A stretch of 64,000 nucleotides of DNA from an uncultured Actinomycetota bacterium. Its GTDB lineage: Bacteria; Actinomycetota; Actinomycetes; JAFAQI01. The translations under genes were made by a program, and so were the position numbers. Shown piece after piece: positions 36,667 to 45,503 of this stretch (position 1 is the first letter of the stretch; the number at the start of each line of letters is the position of its first letter). Under the pieces are notes generated by a model. The model searched no databases. It worked only from the letters and a program-made list of their open reading frames with translations, and was not told the DNA's origin. The DNA is taken from the NCBI GenBank assembly GCA_963770565.1, contig CAVYQE010000007.1, positions 1-64,000 of the forward strand. Reading direction: 5' to 3'.

Positions 36667-36815
36667 CTCTGCTCCCAGTCCTAGACCAACTTCCCACACC
36701 TATCGACGTGTTGCAGCCGCCTGGATCGACAGCCGGCCCGCCCGTGGGCGTCGTTCGGGTGGCCTAGCCCGGGCGATCGATGCAGTTCCGGCGGAGCAGT
36801 CACTACCGTGGGTTG

Positions 36816-37028
36816 GTGGGCATTGCCGACGTCGCAATCCTTCTCGGCGTCGCAGTTGCCGTCGTGCTCGAGGCGTTGTGCATCCGGATGGTCGGTGATA
36901 TCGCCGCTGAGTACGGCGAGGAACGGACGACTTGGCAGGCGATGATGCTCCCGTTCGGGTTGTTCGGGCCGATCGTGGCTCGGCTGATGCTCGACCGCCG
37001 GCACGGGGGCGGCGGCGGCTACGCCTGA
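36816..37028 (+). CDS. Small two-TM membrane protein
   Basis: Two hydrophobic segments; TACCGT-N6-GTG leaderless start. Confidence 0.55.
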   Translation: MGIADVAILLGVAVAVVLEALCIRMVGDIAAEYGEERTTWQAMMLPFGLFGPIVARLMLDRRHGGGGGYA

Positions 37029-37077
37029 TCGCCACTCGGCGGCGGCGGTTTGGCGGGATCTCCTGGTTAGAGGGTGG

Positions 37078-37635
37078 CTATCCCGCCAAACCAGTGCCAC
37101 CGAGCGGCCATTCGGCCAGGGTTTCGTGACTGACCTTCGGGCCGAGCCTGGATCGGACCAGTTGCAGCGAGGTCGCGGACCAGACCGGGCCGGCGTACGA
37201 CCAGAGTGCGGCGAGCCGTTTGCTTACATCGACCGGGGTACGGGTCCGGGCGAGGGTCAAGTGGGCCTGAAACCGCCGCCTCTCCATCGCCAGGCCTTCG
37301 CGGCGTCCGGCGGCGGTGCAGCGTTCGGCCAGCCTGGCCAGGTCCGGGAGGGTTCCTTCGAGGCCGATCCAGAGCACCCGCGCGGCATTGGGCCGGTTCG
37401 GGAAGCAGCCCGCGCCGGCGAGCTGCAACGACAGCGGCGGTGTCCGGGTGGCAGCCCGCTCGAGCCGCTCCTCGAGCCCTTCGGCGACCGCGTCGGTCAC
37501 CTCGCCGTAGAACGCGAGGGTGATGTGCCACTGCTCTTCCGACACCCACCGCAAGGCGTCGTCGGTGGCACCGATCGCCCAGCGCAGGTCTTTGACCGCA
37601 GTCTCGGGTGGGTCGATCGCCGCGAACAGCCTCAT
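37078..37635 (-). CDS. thpR: RNA 2',3'-cyclic phosphodiesterase (2H family)
   Basis: MRLFAAI, HITLAF and HLTLAR 2H motifs. Confidence 0.92.
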   Translation of the reverse strand: MRLFAAIDPPETAVKDLRWAIGATDDALRWVSEEQWHITLAFYGEVTDAVAEGLEERLERAATRTPPLSLQLAGAGCFPNRPNAARVLWIGLEGTLPDLARLAERCTAAGRREGLAMERRRFQAHLTLARTRTPVDVSKRLAALWSYAGPVWSATSLQLVRSRLGPKVSHETLAEWPLGGTGLAG

Positions 37636-37672
37636 CCCGGCATCCTCCCGCGCGCGCCCTAGGTTGGTACGG

Positions 37673-38122
37673 ATGGATGAGCGGCATGCACGACGCCGGC
37701 GGGCCGGCGTGATCGTCCTCGACGAGCAGCAGCGGGTGCTGCTGTTCCGCGGCGGAGACCCGGCCCGGCCGGAGGCCGGCACCTGGTGGTTCACCCCCGG
37801 CGGCGGTGCGGATCCCGGTGAGACGATCGAAGCTGCCGCGCGCCGCGAGCTGTTCGAGGAGACCGGCCTGCGTTGCGACGACCTCGGCCCGGTCGTGCTG
37901 AAGCGACGGTTCGACTTCGAGTTCGACGGCGAGGTCTTCGATCAGGACGAGGTGTACTACCTCGTTCGGACGCCGCCGTTCGACGTCGACGAGTCGAACT
38001 GGACCGACCTCGAGCGGCGGACCACCGAGGAGCACCGCTGGTGGGGGATCGACGACCTCGCCACGACTACCGACGAGGTGTACCCGCCCGGGCTCGCGCG
38101 GCTCCTCGTGACCGTAGCCTGA
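37673..38122 (+). CDS. NUDIX hydrolase
   Basis: WFTPGGG...GE....AARRELFEETG; TAGGTT-N7-ATG. Confidence 0.9.
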   Translation: MDERHARRRRAGVIVLDEQQRVLLFRGGDPARPEAGTWWFTPGGGADPGETIEAAARRELFEETGLRCDDLGPVVLKRRFDFEFDGEVFDQDEVYYLVRTPPFDVDESNWTDLERRTTEEHRWWGIDDLATTTDEVYPPGLARLLVTVA

Positions 38123-38174
38123 CGATGGGCGCCGGCCTCGCATCCGGCGTACCGATGGCCACCCGGAGGGCGAC

Positions 38175-39050
38175 GTGACGGACTCGGGCAGTACGACGCT
38201 GATGCCGGCGGCGTTCATCGGGCACGGAAGTCCGATGAACGCGGTCGAGACCAACCGCTACACCGAGTCCTGGCGCGCGTTCGGAGAGTCGGTGCCGAAG
38301 CCGACCGCGATCCTCGTGGTCTCGGCGCACTGGTACATCAACGCGACCGCAGTCACCGCTATGCCGCGCCCGCGCACGATCCACGATTTCTACGGGTTCC
38401 CGCAGGTCTTGTTCGACGTCGAGTATCCGGCCCCCGGACTTCCTGAGATGGCGGCGGAGATCAGCGACATCGTCGAGCCGACCTGGGTCGGCGCCGACCT
38501 CGACTCGTGGGGGATCGACCACGGCACCTGGTCGGTGCTCGTGCACGCCTTCCCGCAGGCGGACATCCCCGTCGTACAGCTGTCGATCAACGCCGACAAA
38601 GGTCTCGACTACCACCTCGAGCTCGGCGCGAAGCTCGCGCCGCTTCGGGAGCGCGGCGTGCTGATCATCGGCAGCGGCAATGTGGTGCACAACCTCGGTG
38701 GGATGAACCCGCAGCTTGCCGAGGACGGCTACGACTGGGCGCAACGGTTCGACGAGGAGGCGAAGGCCCGGATGGCCGACGACCCGACCGAGGTCGCCCG
38801 GCTCGACGGGCACCGGGACTACCGGCTCGCGGTGCCGACGCCGGATCACTTCCTGCCGCTGCTCTATCTCGCCGGATTGGCCGGCGCAGCGAGCAGCGGC
38901 ACGGACCTGCTGATCGACGGGTACGCCTTCGGCTCGCTGTCGATGACCGCCTACACCCTCGGCATGGACAGCCCGCTCGCCCCGCTCGCCAACGGCTCGT
39001 CCGTCATGTCGCTGCCGGTGGACGTGCCGGTCGACGACACCAACATCTAG
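38175..39050 (+). CDS. ygiD: 4,5-DOPA extradiol dioxygenase (LigB family)
   Basis: GHGSPMNA, SAHW, TIHDFYGFP, DHGTW, GSGNVVHNL, PTPDHFLPL. Confidence 0.92.
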   Translation: MTDSGSTTLMPAAFIGHGSPMNAVETNRYTESWRAFGESVPKPTAILVVSAHWYINATAVTAMPRPRTIHDFYGFPQVLFDVEYPAPGLPEMAAEISDIVEPTWVGADLDSWGIDHGTWSVLVHAFPQADIPVVQLSINADKGLDYHLELGAKLAPLRERGVLIIGSGNVVHNLGGMNPQLAEDGYDWAQRFDEEAKARMADDPTEVARLDGHRDYRLAVPTPDHFLPLLYLAGLAGAASSGTDLLIDGYAFGSLSMTAYTLGMDSPLAPLANGSSVMSLPVDVPVDDTNI

Positions 39051-39442
39051 CGAGGTGCCAGCACCGCCTGGGTCTGGGTGGTCTTTGCGACCAGCCGGCT
39101 ATCGGCGTCCCTGAGCTCGGTCTCGACCACGATCACGGTCCGGCCGACATGCAAGGGCCGGGCGACCGCCTCGACGTGGCCCTGCGCAACCGCGCGGAGG
39201 AGGTTGGTCGTCGACTCGATCGTGGTCGTCGTCGCGCCCTCGGGCAGGTTGAGGAACGCACAGATCGCGCCGGTCGAGTCGGCCAGCGACATCAGGACTC
39301 CGCCGTGCAGCACTCCTCCGACCGTGCAGCGGCGCTCGTCCCACTCGAGTCGAGTTCGCACCTCGTCCTTGTCGGCGACGACCGCCTCGATCCCGAGCAG
39401 GCCGGCGAACGGCATGGTCGCGATCAGGGCGGCAAGGTCCAC
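39047..39442 (-). CDS. PaaI family thioesterase
   Basis: PFA.LLG, LHGG..MSLAD, TIES.TN.LR. Confidence 0.9.
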   Translation of the reverse strand: MDLAALIATMPFAGLLGIEAVVADKDEVRTRLEWDERRCTVGGVLHGGVLMSLADSTGAICAFLNLPEGATTTTIESTTNLLRAVAQGHVEAVARPLHVGRTVIVVETELRDADSRLVAKTTQTQAVLAPR

Positions 39443-39461
39443 GGCGTCGGCGCCGGACCGG

Positions 39462-39695
39462 TCAGGCGACGGGCTCGGCGCTCGGCTCGGGCAGTACGAC
39501 GACCGAGCCGATGTCGATCGGGTCCAGCTCGAGGCCGTTGCGGCTGGCCAGCGCGAACAGGCCGTCGAGGCGATCCTGCGCCGCGTGCACCAGGTCCTCG
39601 TCGCCGCGGGAGTTCGCGTCCATGGCAGCGGCCTGTGCCGCGGCGATCTGGCTGCGGATCTCGCGCTCGAACGACGGGGTCGGGCTGCTCGTCAT
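39462..39695 (-). CDS. Small hypothetical protein (77 aa)
   Basis: AGGAGA RBS before ATG 39695; helical A...GD..L......RL..L..LA..NG pattern. Confidence 0.65.
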   Translation of the reverse strand: MTSSPTPSFEREIRSQIAAAQAAAMDANSRGDEDLVHAAQDRLDGLFALASRNGLELDPIDIGSVVVLPEPSAEPVA

Positions 39696-39834
39696 GTCAT
39701 CTCCTCGCCTGTGTTGGGTGATGGACACCCGCGGGGTCGGTAGACGGGCGACGCTGCCCGTGTCGTGCACGAGCCGATGCCTCTCAGCACCGGCTCGAAA
39801 GTATTACCCGAGGCTACGACGCCCCAACCCCCGA

Positions 39835-39913
39835 AGCAATGTCACATCGCCCAGCCAAATCCGGGGGTGACGTCACATTGCCCCCACAAAGGTGGGGGCA
39901 ATGTGACATTGCT
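39835..39913. repeat. REP-like palindromic repeat cluster, possible terminator of the sigma gene
   Basis: Perfect 16-bp stem 39872-39887/39892-39907; a third copy AGCAATGTCACAT (39835-39847) is complementary to 39901-39913. Confidence 0.7.
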
Positions 39914-39946
39914 CGGTACGGGGGCCCGCCGGGGCTCCGGAGGTGG

Positions 39947-41146
39947 TTAGAGCCAGGCCTTCAGGGTGGCGGCGGTGTCGCTGCGGCGCAGCTCGCGCAA
40001 GGTGTCGCGTTCGATCTGGCGGATCCGCTCGCGGGTGAGCCCGAGCGCCTTGCCGACCTCGTCGAGGGTGCGCGACCGGCCGTCGTCGAGCCCGAAGCGC
40101 ATCCGCATCACGATCGCGGAGCGGTCCGGGAGCGTGCCAAGAACGGCGCGAAGCCGGTCCTGGAGCAGCCCGAAGTCGACCACGTCGGCGGCGATCGGCG
40201 CGTCCATGTCCTCGATGAACTCACCGAAGGTCGCCGTACCGTCGTCACCCACCGGGGTCTCGAGGGACAGCGTCTCGCGGCCGTAGCCGAGGATCTCCTC
40301 GATCCGGTCCGCGGTCATCTCCAGTACGACGCCGATCTCGGCGAAGGTGGGCTCACGGCCGTACTCGGTGGCCAGGTCGCGCTTGACCCGGAGCGCCTTG
40401 TTGATCTGCTCGACCATGTGCACCGGCACCCGGATGGTGCGGCCCTGGTCGGCGATCGCCCGCTGCAGCGCCTGGCGGATCCACCACGTGGCGTAGGTGG
40501 AGAACTTGTAGCCCTTGGTGTAGTCGAACTTCTCGACCGCGCGAACCAGGCCGATGTTGCCTTCCTGGATCAGGTCGAGCAGGGTCAGGCCCTTGCCCTG
40601 GTAGCGCTTGGCGAGGGAAACGACGAGGCGCAGGTTGGCCTCGAGCAGGTGGTTGCGGGCGCGGGCGCCGTCGGCGGCCACCGCCATCAGGTCACGGCGC
40701 AGCTTCACCGGGATCTTGGCGATCTCCTTTGCGTCGGCCTGTCGCAGCTTCTCGGACGCGTACAGGCCGGCTTCGATCCGGCGAGCCAGGTCGACTTCCT
40801 GCTCGGCGGTGAGCAGGGCCACCCGGCCGATGTCGGTGAGGTAGACCCGCACCAGGTCGGTGGTCGGGACCTCGTGGTCCCAGGTGTCGTCGACCTCGTC
40901 CTCTTCGACGACCGCGGTCGGGGCCGGAGCGGCTCCGGGGGCGTCGGCACCGATCGTGATTCCCCGGCGGCGGATGGCCGTGATGACGCGCTTGGCCTCG
41001 ACGGGGCCGACTCCGGCCTCATCGAGTGCGGTGCGTACCTCGGCAAACGTCAGCGCACCCGCCTCGGCAACCCCGTCGAGGAGGTCCTCGACAGGTGCGG
41101 GCAGGCCGTCGGCGTCTGCGGCTCGGGCAATCGTGGCGGTGCTCAT
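39947..41146 (-). CDS. RNA polymerase sigma-70 factor, group 2 (SigB/HrdA-D-like)
   Basis: [62 protein letters not shown]; lacks the primary RHPSR tail. Confidence 0.9.
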   Translation of the reverse strand: MSTATIARAADADGLPAPVEDLLDGVAEAGALTFAEVRTALDEAGVGPVEAKRVITAIRRRGITIGADAPGAAPAPTAVVEEDEVDDTWDHEVPTTDLVRVYLTDIGRVALLTAEQEVDLARRIEAGLYASEKLRQADAKEIAKIPVKLRRDLMAVAADGARARNHLLEANLRLVVSLAKRYQGKGLTLLDLIQEGNIGLVRAVEKFDYTKGYKFSTYATWWIRQALQRAIADQGRTIRVPVHMVEQINKALRVKRDLATEYGREPTFAEIGVVLEMTADRIEEILGYGRETLSLETPVGDDGTATFGEFIEDMDAPIAADVVDFGLLQDRLRAVLGTLPDRSAIVMRMRFGLDDGRSRTLDEVGKALGLTRERIRQIERDTLRELRRSDTAATLKAWL

Positions 41147-41269
41147 GGCGTGCGTAGATCCTCGTGGTCGGCGTGGGTTGTGCGGTCGGTTCGTGCTCAG
41201 TTTTGCGTCTGCTCCGTCGGTACGTATGCTGCGTGGCGGTCCACCTGTGGCGACCTGCCCAGACGGTGC

Positions 41270-41296
41270 AACGTTCACAGCACCGCTGCTTGTTCC
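41270..41296 (-). promoter_or_regulatory. Possible ECF (SigE/SigH/SigR-type) promoter upstream of the group-2 sigma
   Basis: Minus strand GGAAC-N18-CGTT; spacer about 1 nt longer than consensus. Confidence 0.4.
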
Positions 41297-41422
41297 GCGG
41301 TGCGACCTTCCATGATGCCTTATCTGAGTGCTGATGTCAGCCTCGGGGGGGTCGAACGGCGAGTCGAGCACCATGTTGGTACCCAAATTGTGTGCATTTC
41401 ATGCCTGCATCCGTGATCAACG

Positions 41423-42163
41423 TCAGCCATTCGGCAGCGGCCCCGGCAGACCGTATTCGAGGCCCCGGGCGAGGGTCGCGCCGAGCTCTTGGGCGACGTC
41501 GTGGGCGGTGGCCGAGTCCACTCCGAGCGCCATCGTCACCGCGCCGCAGTCCCGGGCCAGCGCCAGCAGCCGCTTGACGCCGCGATGCTCGCTGGCCGCG
41601 GAGCGGTCCGACAGCCGAAGGTCGACCTGGACCACATCCGGCCGTACGACGCGAGCCCGGGCCAGTGCGTCGTCGTCATCGGCAATATCGGCGAGCACCA
41701 CGCGCCAGCCGCGCTCGCGGATCTCGGCGATTCCGACGTCGAGGTTGACCCCATCGACGAACGCCTCGGCATGCACCTCGGCGGCGATCGAGAGCTCGCG
41801 GGCGGCCCGGCTCATCAGCCCGGCGAACCGCGGCGGGCACATCGAGGCGAAGGTTTCCGGCTCCGGCGTCAGGTGCAGCTCGACGCCGGGGTGCTTGAGC
41901 ATGTCCTCGACCGCGAGCGCCCGGAACGCCCAGTCGATCCGCTCGACGAATCCCAGCGATCGGGCGCCGTCGAGCAGGCTGAGCGTGTCCGCGAGCTCGG
42001 TGCCGGGCGCGCCGCGACCGGTGGCCTTGTAGCCCACGAGCGTGCCGTCTGCGAGTGAATGGATCGGCTGGTAGTCGGGTCCGAGCTGCCGCGGGTCGGC
42101 GAGCAGCGCCTGGATGAGCTCACGCGTACGTACCGTGCGCTCCAGCTCATCGCAAAGCTGCAT
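41423..42163 (-). CDS. Degenerate stand-alone EAL domain protein
   Basis: YQPI..L...LVGYKATGRG, ERID, G.RV.LAD, PD.V.VD, ALGVD, LG...ARG..YG; catalytic residues substituted; alternative start 42196. Confidence 0.8.
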   Translation of the reverse strand: MQLCDELERTVRTRELIQALLADPRQLGPDYQPIHSLADGTLVGYKATGRGAPGTELADTLSLLDGARSLGFVERIDWAFRALAVEDMLKHPGVELHLTPEPETFASMCPPRFAGLMSRAARELSIAAEVHAEAFVDGVNLDVGIAEIRERGWRVVLADIADDDDALARARVVRPDVVQVDLRLSDRSAASEHRGVKRLLALARDCGAVTMALGVDSATAHDVAQELGATLARGLEYGLPGPLPNG

Positions 42164-42246
42164 ATTTGTCCCTTCGGCAGCCCTCAGGTGCCTCATGAGA
42201 CGCCATCCGGTGATTGTCGCGGCAGATCGAGTGCCGACTGGGTGGT

Positions 42247-43026
42247 TCAGCGCTTGTCGATGAACAGGCTCTGCGCCCCGTGGCCGACCCGGCCGCTCGC
42301 GTCGTACAGGGTCGAGGTCGCAACCCCGAACCCGCTCGGATCGGCGGTGGTCGCCGCCTGCAGGCACAGCCACTCGCCGACCGGGTAGCGGCACAGGTGG
42401 ACGGTCAGATCCGGGTTGATGAACACCCAATCGGCGATCGGCAGGGCGCTGGAGATCCCGTTTCCGCAGTCGGCGAGCACCATCAGCCGCTGCAGCCCCG
42501 ACGGCTGCTCGCCGTCGACGAGCGGCACCCGCTGGCGCCCCCAGGTGGTCGCCGGCCCCAGCTCGGTCCAGGACCCTTCGCTGAACCGGAGCTGCATTGC
42601 CCGCAGGAAGCCACCCGGCCAGTCACCGGCGTACTCGGTGTCGTGGTCGGGCATTGGCGGCGCGCCGGTGGGCACCTCGACGTCGGCCGGCAGGTCCAGC
42701 CACGCGACCCGGACCCGCCAGGCTCGCGCCTTGACCGCCGCGCGTCCGCCGGCTGTCAGCTCGGCTTCGAGCAGCTCGACGCTGCGACCGGGCCGGGCCA
42801 GCCGGCTGTGCACCCTGACCTCGCCGACCGGCACCGGCCCGAGGATCTCGACCGCCATCCGTACGACGGTTGCCGGTCGATCGGCGGGCACCTGCTCGAT
42901 GGCACGAGCTAGCAGCGCCGAGGGCGGTCCGCCGTGCTGCATGGCCGGGTCCCACGGGCCGCCGGTGTGCTCGGTGGCGAGGAACGTGTCGTCGTCCGCG
43001 GCCGGGACGTAGAACGCATCGGTCAC
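42247..43026 (-). CDS. Acyl-CoA thioesterase family (double hot-dog)
   Basis: T.GPW...QHGGPPSALL, RPGR, AD.GNG.S, FINPDLTVHL.R.P.GEW. Confidence 0.88.
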   Translation of the reverse strand: MTDAFYVPAADDDTFLATEHTGGPWDPAMQHGGPPSALLARAIEQVPADRPATVVRMAVEILGPVPVGEVRVHSRLARPGRSVELLEAELTAGGRAAVKARAWRVRVAWLDLPADVEVPTGAPPMPDHDTEYAGDWPGGFLRAMQLRFSEGSWTELGPATTWGRQRVPLVDGEQPSGLQRLMVLADCGNGISSALPIADWVFINPDLTVHLCRYPVGEWLCLQAATTADPSGFGVATSTLYDASGRVGHGAQSLFIDKR

Positions 43027-43051
43027 GTCGCGGCACCCTACGCTTCGCGTC
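43027..43051. promoter_or_regulatory. Bidirectional leaderless promoter between thioesterase and TauE genes
   Basis: ACCCTACGCT gives TAGGGT on minus (8 nt to GTG) and TACGCT on plus (7 nt to GTG), sharing one TA. Confidence 0.55.
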
Positions 43052-43807
43052 GTGACCGCGCTGCACGCCCTCGTGATCATTGCGGTCGGGTTGGTCGCGG
43101 GCACGGTCAACACGATCGTCGGCGCCGGGTCCCTGCTCACCTTCCCGACCCTGCTCGCACTCGGCTACGCACCGGTGCTGGCGAATGTGTCGAACACGGT
43201 CGGCGTGATCAGCGGGTCGGTCAGCGGCGCCATCGGCTACCGCCGCGAGCTGCACGGCCAAGCCCGGCGAATCCTGATGCTGATGCCGGCCGTGCTGGTC
43301 GGCACGGTCGCCGGCGCGGCACTGCTGCTGGCACTGCCGGGATCGGCGTTCCGCCACGTCGTACCCGCCCTGATCCTCTTCGCCGTCGCCCTCGTCCTGG
43401 TGCAGCCGAGCGTTGCCCGCCGCCGCGCGGCGCGGGGGGCCCGGCGCGAGCACCCGGGTGCCCTGTTGCAGACCGGGACCTTCCTGACCTCGATCTACGG
43501 CGGCTACTTCGGCGCTGCGCAGGGTGTCGTCCTGCTGGGGCTCTTCGGGATCACCCTCGACGACGACATGCAGCGGCTGAACGCGGCGAAGAACGTCGTC
43601 TCCGCCTCGATCAACACGGTCGCGGCGATCTTCTTCATCGCCCGGACCACGATCGCGTGGGAGGTCTCCGGGCTGCTGATCCTCGGCTCGGGCGTGGGCG
43701 GGCAAATCGGCGCGGTGGTAGGGCGCCGGCTGTCGCCCAATGTCCTGCGGTTCACGGTCGCGATCGTGGGTACGGCGGTTGCCATCGACCTGTTCGTCAC
43801 TGGCTGA
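43052..43807 (+). CDS. Sulfite exporter TauE/SafE family protein
   Basis: AG.VN.IVGAGSLLTFP.L, ANVSN, IYGGYFGAAQG, NA.KN. Confidence 0.92.
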   Translation: MTALHALVIIAVGLVAGTVNTIVGAGSLLTFPTLLALGYAPVLANVSNTVGVISGSVSGAIGYRRELHGQARRILMLMPAVLVGTVAGAALLLALPGSAFRHVVPALILFAVALVLVQPSVARRRAARGARREHPGALLQTGTFLTSIYGGYFGAAQGVVLLGLFGITLDDDMQRLNAAKNVVSASINTVAAIFFIARTTIAWEVSGLLILGSGVGGQIGAVVGRRLSPNVLRFTVAIVGTAVAIDLFVTG

Positions 43808-43841
43808 CAACTTCTCGGTCAGCTGCGGTGTCATAGGCAGT

Positions 43842-44360
43842 GTGACGCGCCGAGGCAGTGACTTCGACGACTTTGTCGTCGGTGCTGCGGCGGGACTTCA
43901 CCGCATGGCGATCGCCCTCACCGGTGACCGCACTGCGGCTGAGGACCTGGTGCAGGACGTGCTCACGCGGATGTATGTCGCCTGGCCACGGATCGATGAC
44001 CCGGCCGCGTTCGCGCGCCGAGCCCTCATCAACGCCTCCACCAACCGGTGGCGCTTGAGAGGCCGACGTAAGGAGCAGCCGCTCTCGACCGCGCCCGATC
44101 CGTCGGTCAGTGATCGCAGCGATGCGCACGGCCGGCGGGACGAACTGGTCCGCGCGATCTCGTCCCTGCCGTCCAGGCAGCGGGCCGTGGTCGTCCTGCG
44201 GTTCCTGCAGGACCTGCCCGAAGCCGAGACGGCAGCGGTTCTTGGATGCTCCGTGGGCACTGTGAAGAGCCAGACCTCTCGAGCCTTGACCCGCCTGCGT
44301 GAGCTGCTCGCGGAGGCCGATGACCGTGAACCCCTACCAACAGTGACAAGGACTTCCTGA
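43842..44360 (+). CDS. ECF sigma factor (actinobacterial SigE family)
   Basis: F..FV, LTGD...AEDLVQ, W.R, LP.RQRAVVVLRF..DL...ETA..LGCSVGTVKSQTSRAL. Confidence 0.92.
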   Translation: MTRRGSDFDDFVVGAAAGLHRMAIALTGDRTAAEDLVQDVLTRMYVAWPRIDDPAAFARRALINASTNRWRLRGRRKEQPLSTAPDPSVSDRSDAHGRRDELVRAISSLPSRQRAVVVLRFLQDLPEAETAAVLGCSVGTVKSQTSRALTRLRELLAEADDREPLPTVTRTS

Positions 44361-45445
44361 TGGTGATCGATGAGCAGACCCTGACCGAGTCGTTGCACAG
44401 CCTCGACGTCGTGACCGCCCCTGACCTGCTCGCCCGGGTACGCCGGGACGGCCGGCGGCGGCTGCTGCGGCGTCGCTCGCTGACGGCCGCGGGGGCGATC
44501 GCCGTCGGCTCCGCCGCGGTGCCGGTCACCCTCGCGCTGCGTGCGTCGGTCGGCCCCGGTGTCATCGGGCCGGCCCCAGGCCGGGGCGCGAAGGCCAGCC
44601 TGAGCGACCTCTACGCGCCGCCGCCGGCACCGGGGAGCCGCTGCACCGAGGGAAACTCCAGGGCTGCTGCGCCGACGGCGTACCCAGAACTGCTGCTGCT
44701 TCCGCCCGGGCAAGCGGTGACCTCTGCGGTCGTGCGGGCTGGAACCAGCCAGTGCCGTGCGCCGCACATTGCGCTGACCCTGCTTCGCACAGACTCGGAC
44801 GTCGTCACCGCCGGTGTCGTCGTGGCCGGTCCTAACGCGCCGAGCGCGGACGAGGACGGCTTCGGTCCCGGATCCGACCCGGTCGGAGGCACCGGCAGTC
44901 TGCCCATCCTCGGAGTGGGCGGCACCGAGTTCACTGCCGACGGTCGCACTGACGCGTTCTGGACGGAGCCGGATGGCGGCCAGTGGCACGCGCAGGTCCG
45001 AGGGCTGTCGCAGCAGGACGCGGTCGCTCTGCTCGATCAGTTGACGCTGGACTCACACGCTGGGTCCGCGACGATTCCCCCGGACGCCGCGCGCGGCTGG
45101 ACGATCGCTCCCGCGGCGGTCGATGAACGCGCCGGCGCCGAGGGCACGGTCATGTCCGAGTGGGTGGACGGGAGCGGGCACACGGTGGAGCTGAACGTGA
45201 CCGCGGAGCCGAGCCGGGTCGACCAGGAGGCCGCAAGCGCACAGCTGGACGCGACTTTGGTGACGGTCTTGGGGCAGCCGGGCGTGCTGGTTGCCGACGC
45301 GCGGACCGCCACGTTGATCTGGGCGCCGGCGCACGACGTGGAAGCCGACATCACGGTGAACGACGGCACTGCCACAGAGGTCGAGCAACTCGCGGCGTCG
45401 CTGGCCCTTGCCGCCCCGAGCGACCCCCGGTTCGCCACCGGCTGA
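44360..45445 (+). CDS. Putative membrane-anchored anti-sigma factor
   Basis: 1-bp overlap with the ECF gene; E..L...L...R.GRRR.RRR + TM + extracytoplasmic domain. Confidence 0.7.
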   Translation: MVIDEQTLTESLHSLDVVTAPDLLARVRRDGRRRLLRRRSLTAAGAIAVGSAAVPVTLALRASVGPGVIGPAPGRGAKASLSDLYAPPPAPGSRCTEGNSRAAAPTAYPELLLLPPGQAVTSAVVRAGTSQCRAPHIALTLLRTDSDVVTAGVVVAGPNAPSADEDGFGPGSDPVGGTGSLPILGVGGTEFTADGRTDAFWTEPDGGQWHAQVRGLSQQDAVALLDQLTLDSHAGSATIPPDAARGWTIAPAAVDERAGAEGTVMSEWVDGSGHTVELNVTAEPSRVDQEAASAQLDATLVTVLGQPGVLVADARTATLIWAPAHDVEADITVNDGTATEVEQLAASLALAAPSDPRFATG

Positions 45446-45450
45446 GCCCA

Positions 45451-45503
45451 CACCGATGGCCCATGCGTGGGGCTAGGGCCCCACCGATGGGCCATGCGTG
45501 GGG
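45451..45503. repeat. Tandem 22-bp imperfectly palindromic repeat between convergent genes
   Basis: CACCGATGG(C/G)CCATGCGTGGGG at 45451-45472 and 45482-45503, period 31. Confidence 0.65.

Noticed and set aside
41147-41422. Riboswitch or ncRNA in the long leader of the group-2 sigma
   Set aside because: No recognisable aptamer consensus or strong stem by eye; an Rfam scan would be needed.
39835-45503. Short repeats considered as CRISPR arrays
   Set aside because: Only 2-3 units, no unique spacers of CRISPR length and no cas genes.
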